From an uncultured Actinomycetota bacterium (lineage in GTDB: Bacteria; Actinomycetota; Thermoleophilia; Gaiellales; Gaiellaceae): a DNA stretch of 64,000 nucleotides. Shown here piece after piece: positions 62,671-64,000 of the stretch. Both the position numbers and the translations under genes were made by a program. Within the stretch, counting starts at the first letter, position 1; every line of letters starts with the position of its first letter. The DNA is taken from the NCBI GenBank assembly GCA_963723405.1, contig CAVRQF010000007.1, positions 138,801 to 202,800 of the forward strand, read 5' to 3'. The notes under the pieces are model-generated. The model searched no databases. It was not told the DNA's origin and was given only the letters and a program-made list of their open reading frames with translations.

Positions 62671-64000
62671 CTAGGCGAGCAGTTGCTTGACGTAGCCCGG
62701 CAGCAGCGGAAGCTTGCGCGGCTGCCTGCCGGTGGCGTCGAACACCGCGTTCGCGATGGCCGCCTGGATGTACCCGTTCGGCCCTTCGCCACCCATCCCG
62801 AAGAGCCCGCCGGAGGCGACCACGCTCGGGTTGGCGATGGGAATGGCCTTGACGGTCGGAGCGTCCTTGAAGCGCAGGATCGGGAAGGTGACCCAGTCGC
62901 GACTCGTGACCATGCCGGTGTCGAACACGACCTGCTCGCTCAGAGCCTCGCTGGTACCCATGATCGCACCGCCCTCCATCATCCGCTGCTGCTGCTTCGG
63001 ATTGATGAGGACTCCGAGGTCGCCGACGGTGGTGATGTTGAGCACCTTCACCCGTCCGGTCTTCGGGTTCACCGTGACATGGGCAACGGCGGCCCACACG
63101 GCACCCTCCCGGCTCATCTGGCTGGCACCCTGACCGACCAGGTTCGCCCCGCTCTTCGCCTTCGGGTTCGGTGACGGGCGGGTCTCCCAGCCGGATTCCT
63201 TCCTGACCAACTGGAGCACGTTGGTCACCCGCGGATCGGTGGTGTTGTCGAGCCGGAACTGGATCGAGTCGGCCTTCGCCGCGGCGGCGAGCTCGCTGAT
63301 CGCCGATTCCTGGGCGAAGTTCTGCTGCCGCTGTGCCGGCGTCCGCATGCTGTGGTCGCGAACACCGATCTGGGTGTCGAAGTCAGGCGCCTTGGGGTCG
63401 TTTCCGAGCTGGAACGTCCCGTACGCAACCTGGAGCGCGTTCGGGACCTTGTCGTAGACCCACGGGTCCGAGACGCTGTTGACGATGGAACCGAACGTCC
63501 CCGGGTACGGCACCAACCCGATGCCGCTGACCGTCGGCAACCCGGCGAGCAGCGCGCCGACCAGGCGGTCGTCCTGCATCGCGGGCATGTAGTGGTTCGC
63601 CCGGAAGGCGGTGAGCTTGCCGTTCGCGTCGAGGCCGGCCGTAACGTCCGAGTACGCGGCCGGATGCTGCGTCGACCACTGCATGTCCTCGCCGCGCATC
63701 CACTGGAGGCGGACCGGCTTGCCGACCGCCTGCGAGAGGATCACCGACTCCTCCTCTGCCCCGGTGCTCCCGCCGTTGCCGCGGCCGTAATGGCCGGAGC
63801 CGTCGTACCAGCGCACGACGACCTTCTCGAGCGGGACACCGAGCATCAGCGAGATCAGCCAGCGGGTCGCGCCCGGGTTCTGGTTGTGCATGTGCACGTA
63901 CGTCGTGCCGTCCGCACGGCAGTCGCCGACTGCACACGTGGGGCCGATCGGTGCGTGCTTCTCGTACGGGTACTCGTAGGTCGCCGAGAGCTTCGTCGTG
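62671..64000 (-). CDS. Molybdopterin-binding oxidoreductase, xanthine dehydrogenase/aldehyde oxidase family (IorB-like beta subunit), C-terminal part; 5' end outside window
   Basis: ORF 62671..63897 is open to the window edge (TTKLSATYEYPYEKHAPIGPTCAV...). It reads ...VRLQWMRGEDMQWSTQHPA...FRLDNTTDPR...VAHVTVNPKTGRVKVLNITTVGDLGVLINPKQQQRMMEGGAIMGTSEALSEQVVFD...SGGLFGMGGEGPNGYIQAAIANAVFDATG. Confidence 0.85.
   Translation of the reverse strand, partial: TTKLSATYEYPYEKHAPIGPTCAVGDCRADGTTYVHMHNQNPGATRWLISLMLGVPLEKVVVRWYDGSGHYGRGNGGSTGAEEESVILSQAVGKPVRLQWMRGEDMQWSTQHPAAYSDVTAGLDANGKLTAFRANHYMPAMQDDRLVGALLAGLPTVSGIGLVPYPGTFGSIVNSVSDPWVYDKVPNALQVAYGTFQLGNDPKAPDFDTQIGVRDHSMRTPAQRQQNFAQESAISELAAAAKADSIQFRLDNTTDPRVTNVLQLVRKESGWETRPSPNPKAKSGANLVGQGASQMSREGAVWAAVAHVTVNPKTGRVKVLNITTVGDLGVLINPKQQQRMMEGGAIMGTSEALSEQVVFDTGMVTSRDWVTFPILRFKDAPTVKAIPIANPSVVASGGLFGMGGEGPNGYIQAAIANAVFDATGRQPRKLPLLPGYVKQLLA

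Overview
High-GC (roughly 70%) actinobacterial-type chromosomal segment. The lineage guess (F420-using Actinomycetota, possibly Thermoleophilia/Rubrobacteria-like) is inference only.

**Layout**
- 0-36.6 kb: housekeeping, stress and membrane genes. These include MetE-like, FUSC, mgsA, ndh, USP, LigD polymerase, MarR, ECF sigma, HdeD, YihY, DUF2252, a cation/H+ antiporter, an ABC-2 exporter, AKR-CitE-MaoC, a glutaminase-STAS-cNMP fusion, GST, VOC, a PaaK-like ligase, a citryl-CoA-lyase-like gene, an L,D-transpeptidase, a DCD-family dCTP deaminase, cyclophilin, an RpoD-like sigma and a homocysteine methyltransferase/MTHFR fusion.
- 36.66-46.63 kb: tRNA-Asp(GTC) at 36663-36736, followed by a ~9.9 kb stretch of visibly lower GC. 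It is bounded by an exact 28-bp direct repeat of the tRNA 3' end (36711-36738 and 46604-46631). I read this as a decaying genomic island with no recognisable integrase.
- 46.6-64 kb: M20 peptidase, F420-type enzymes, methyltransferases, TetR/MerR/ArsR regulators, a 4x120-aa DUF11 repeat protein, an MFS exporter and a molybdopterin oxidoreductase.

**Most interesting signal**
- A partner-switching cassette (wHTH regulator, STAS antagonist, RsbW-like kinase, small conserved ORF) has no adjacent sigma factor.
- It occurs twice in inverted orientation, once inside the island (40.2-41.4 kb, minus strand) and once outside it (48.8-50.3 kb, plus strand).
- There are also truncated third copies of the kinase, the small ORF and a DUF4142 gene.
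- At least four island genes are preceded by GTTT-N15/16-GGGTA-type (sigmaB/sigmaF-like) promoter motifs.

**Second striking property: frameshift load**
- There are dozens of frameshifts, and at least one in-frame stop, concentrated in 0-27 kb.
- Several long genes remain intact: DUF2252, yitJ-like, MFS, DUF11 and LigD polymerase.
- This is either assembly indel error or genuine gene decay.
- Coordinates of frameshifted genes are therefore envelopes, not exact CDSs.

No rRNA, CRISPR array or intact transposase/integrase was seen.
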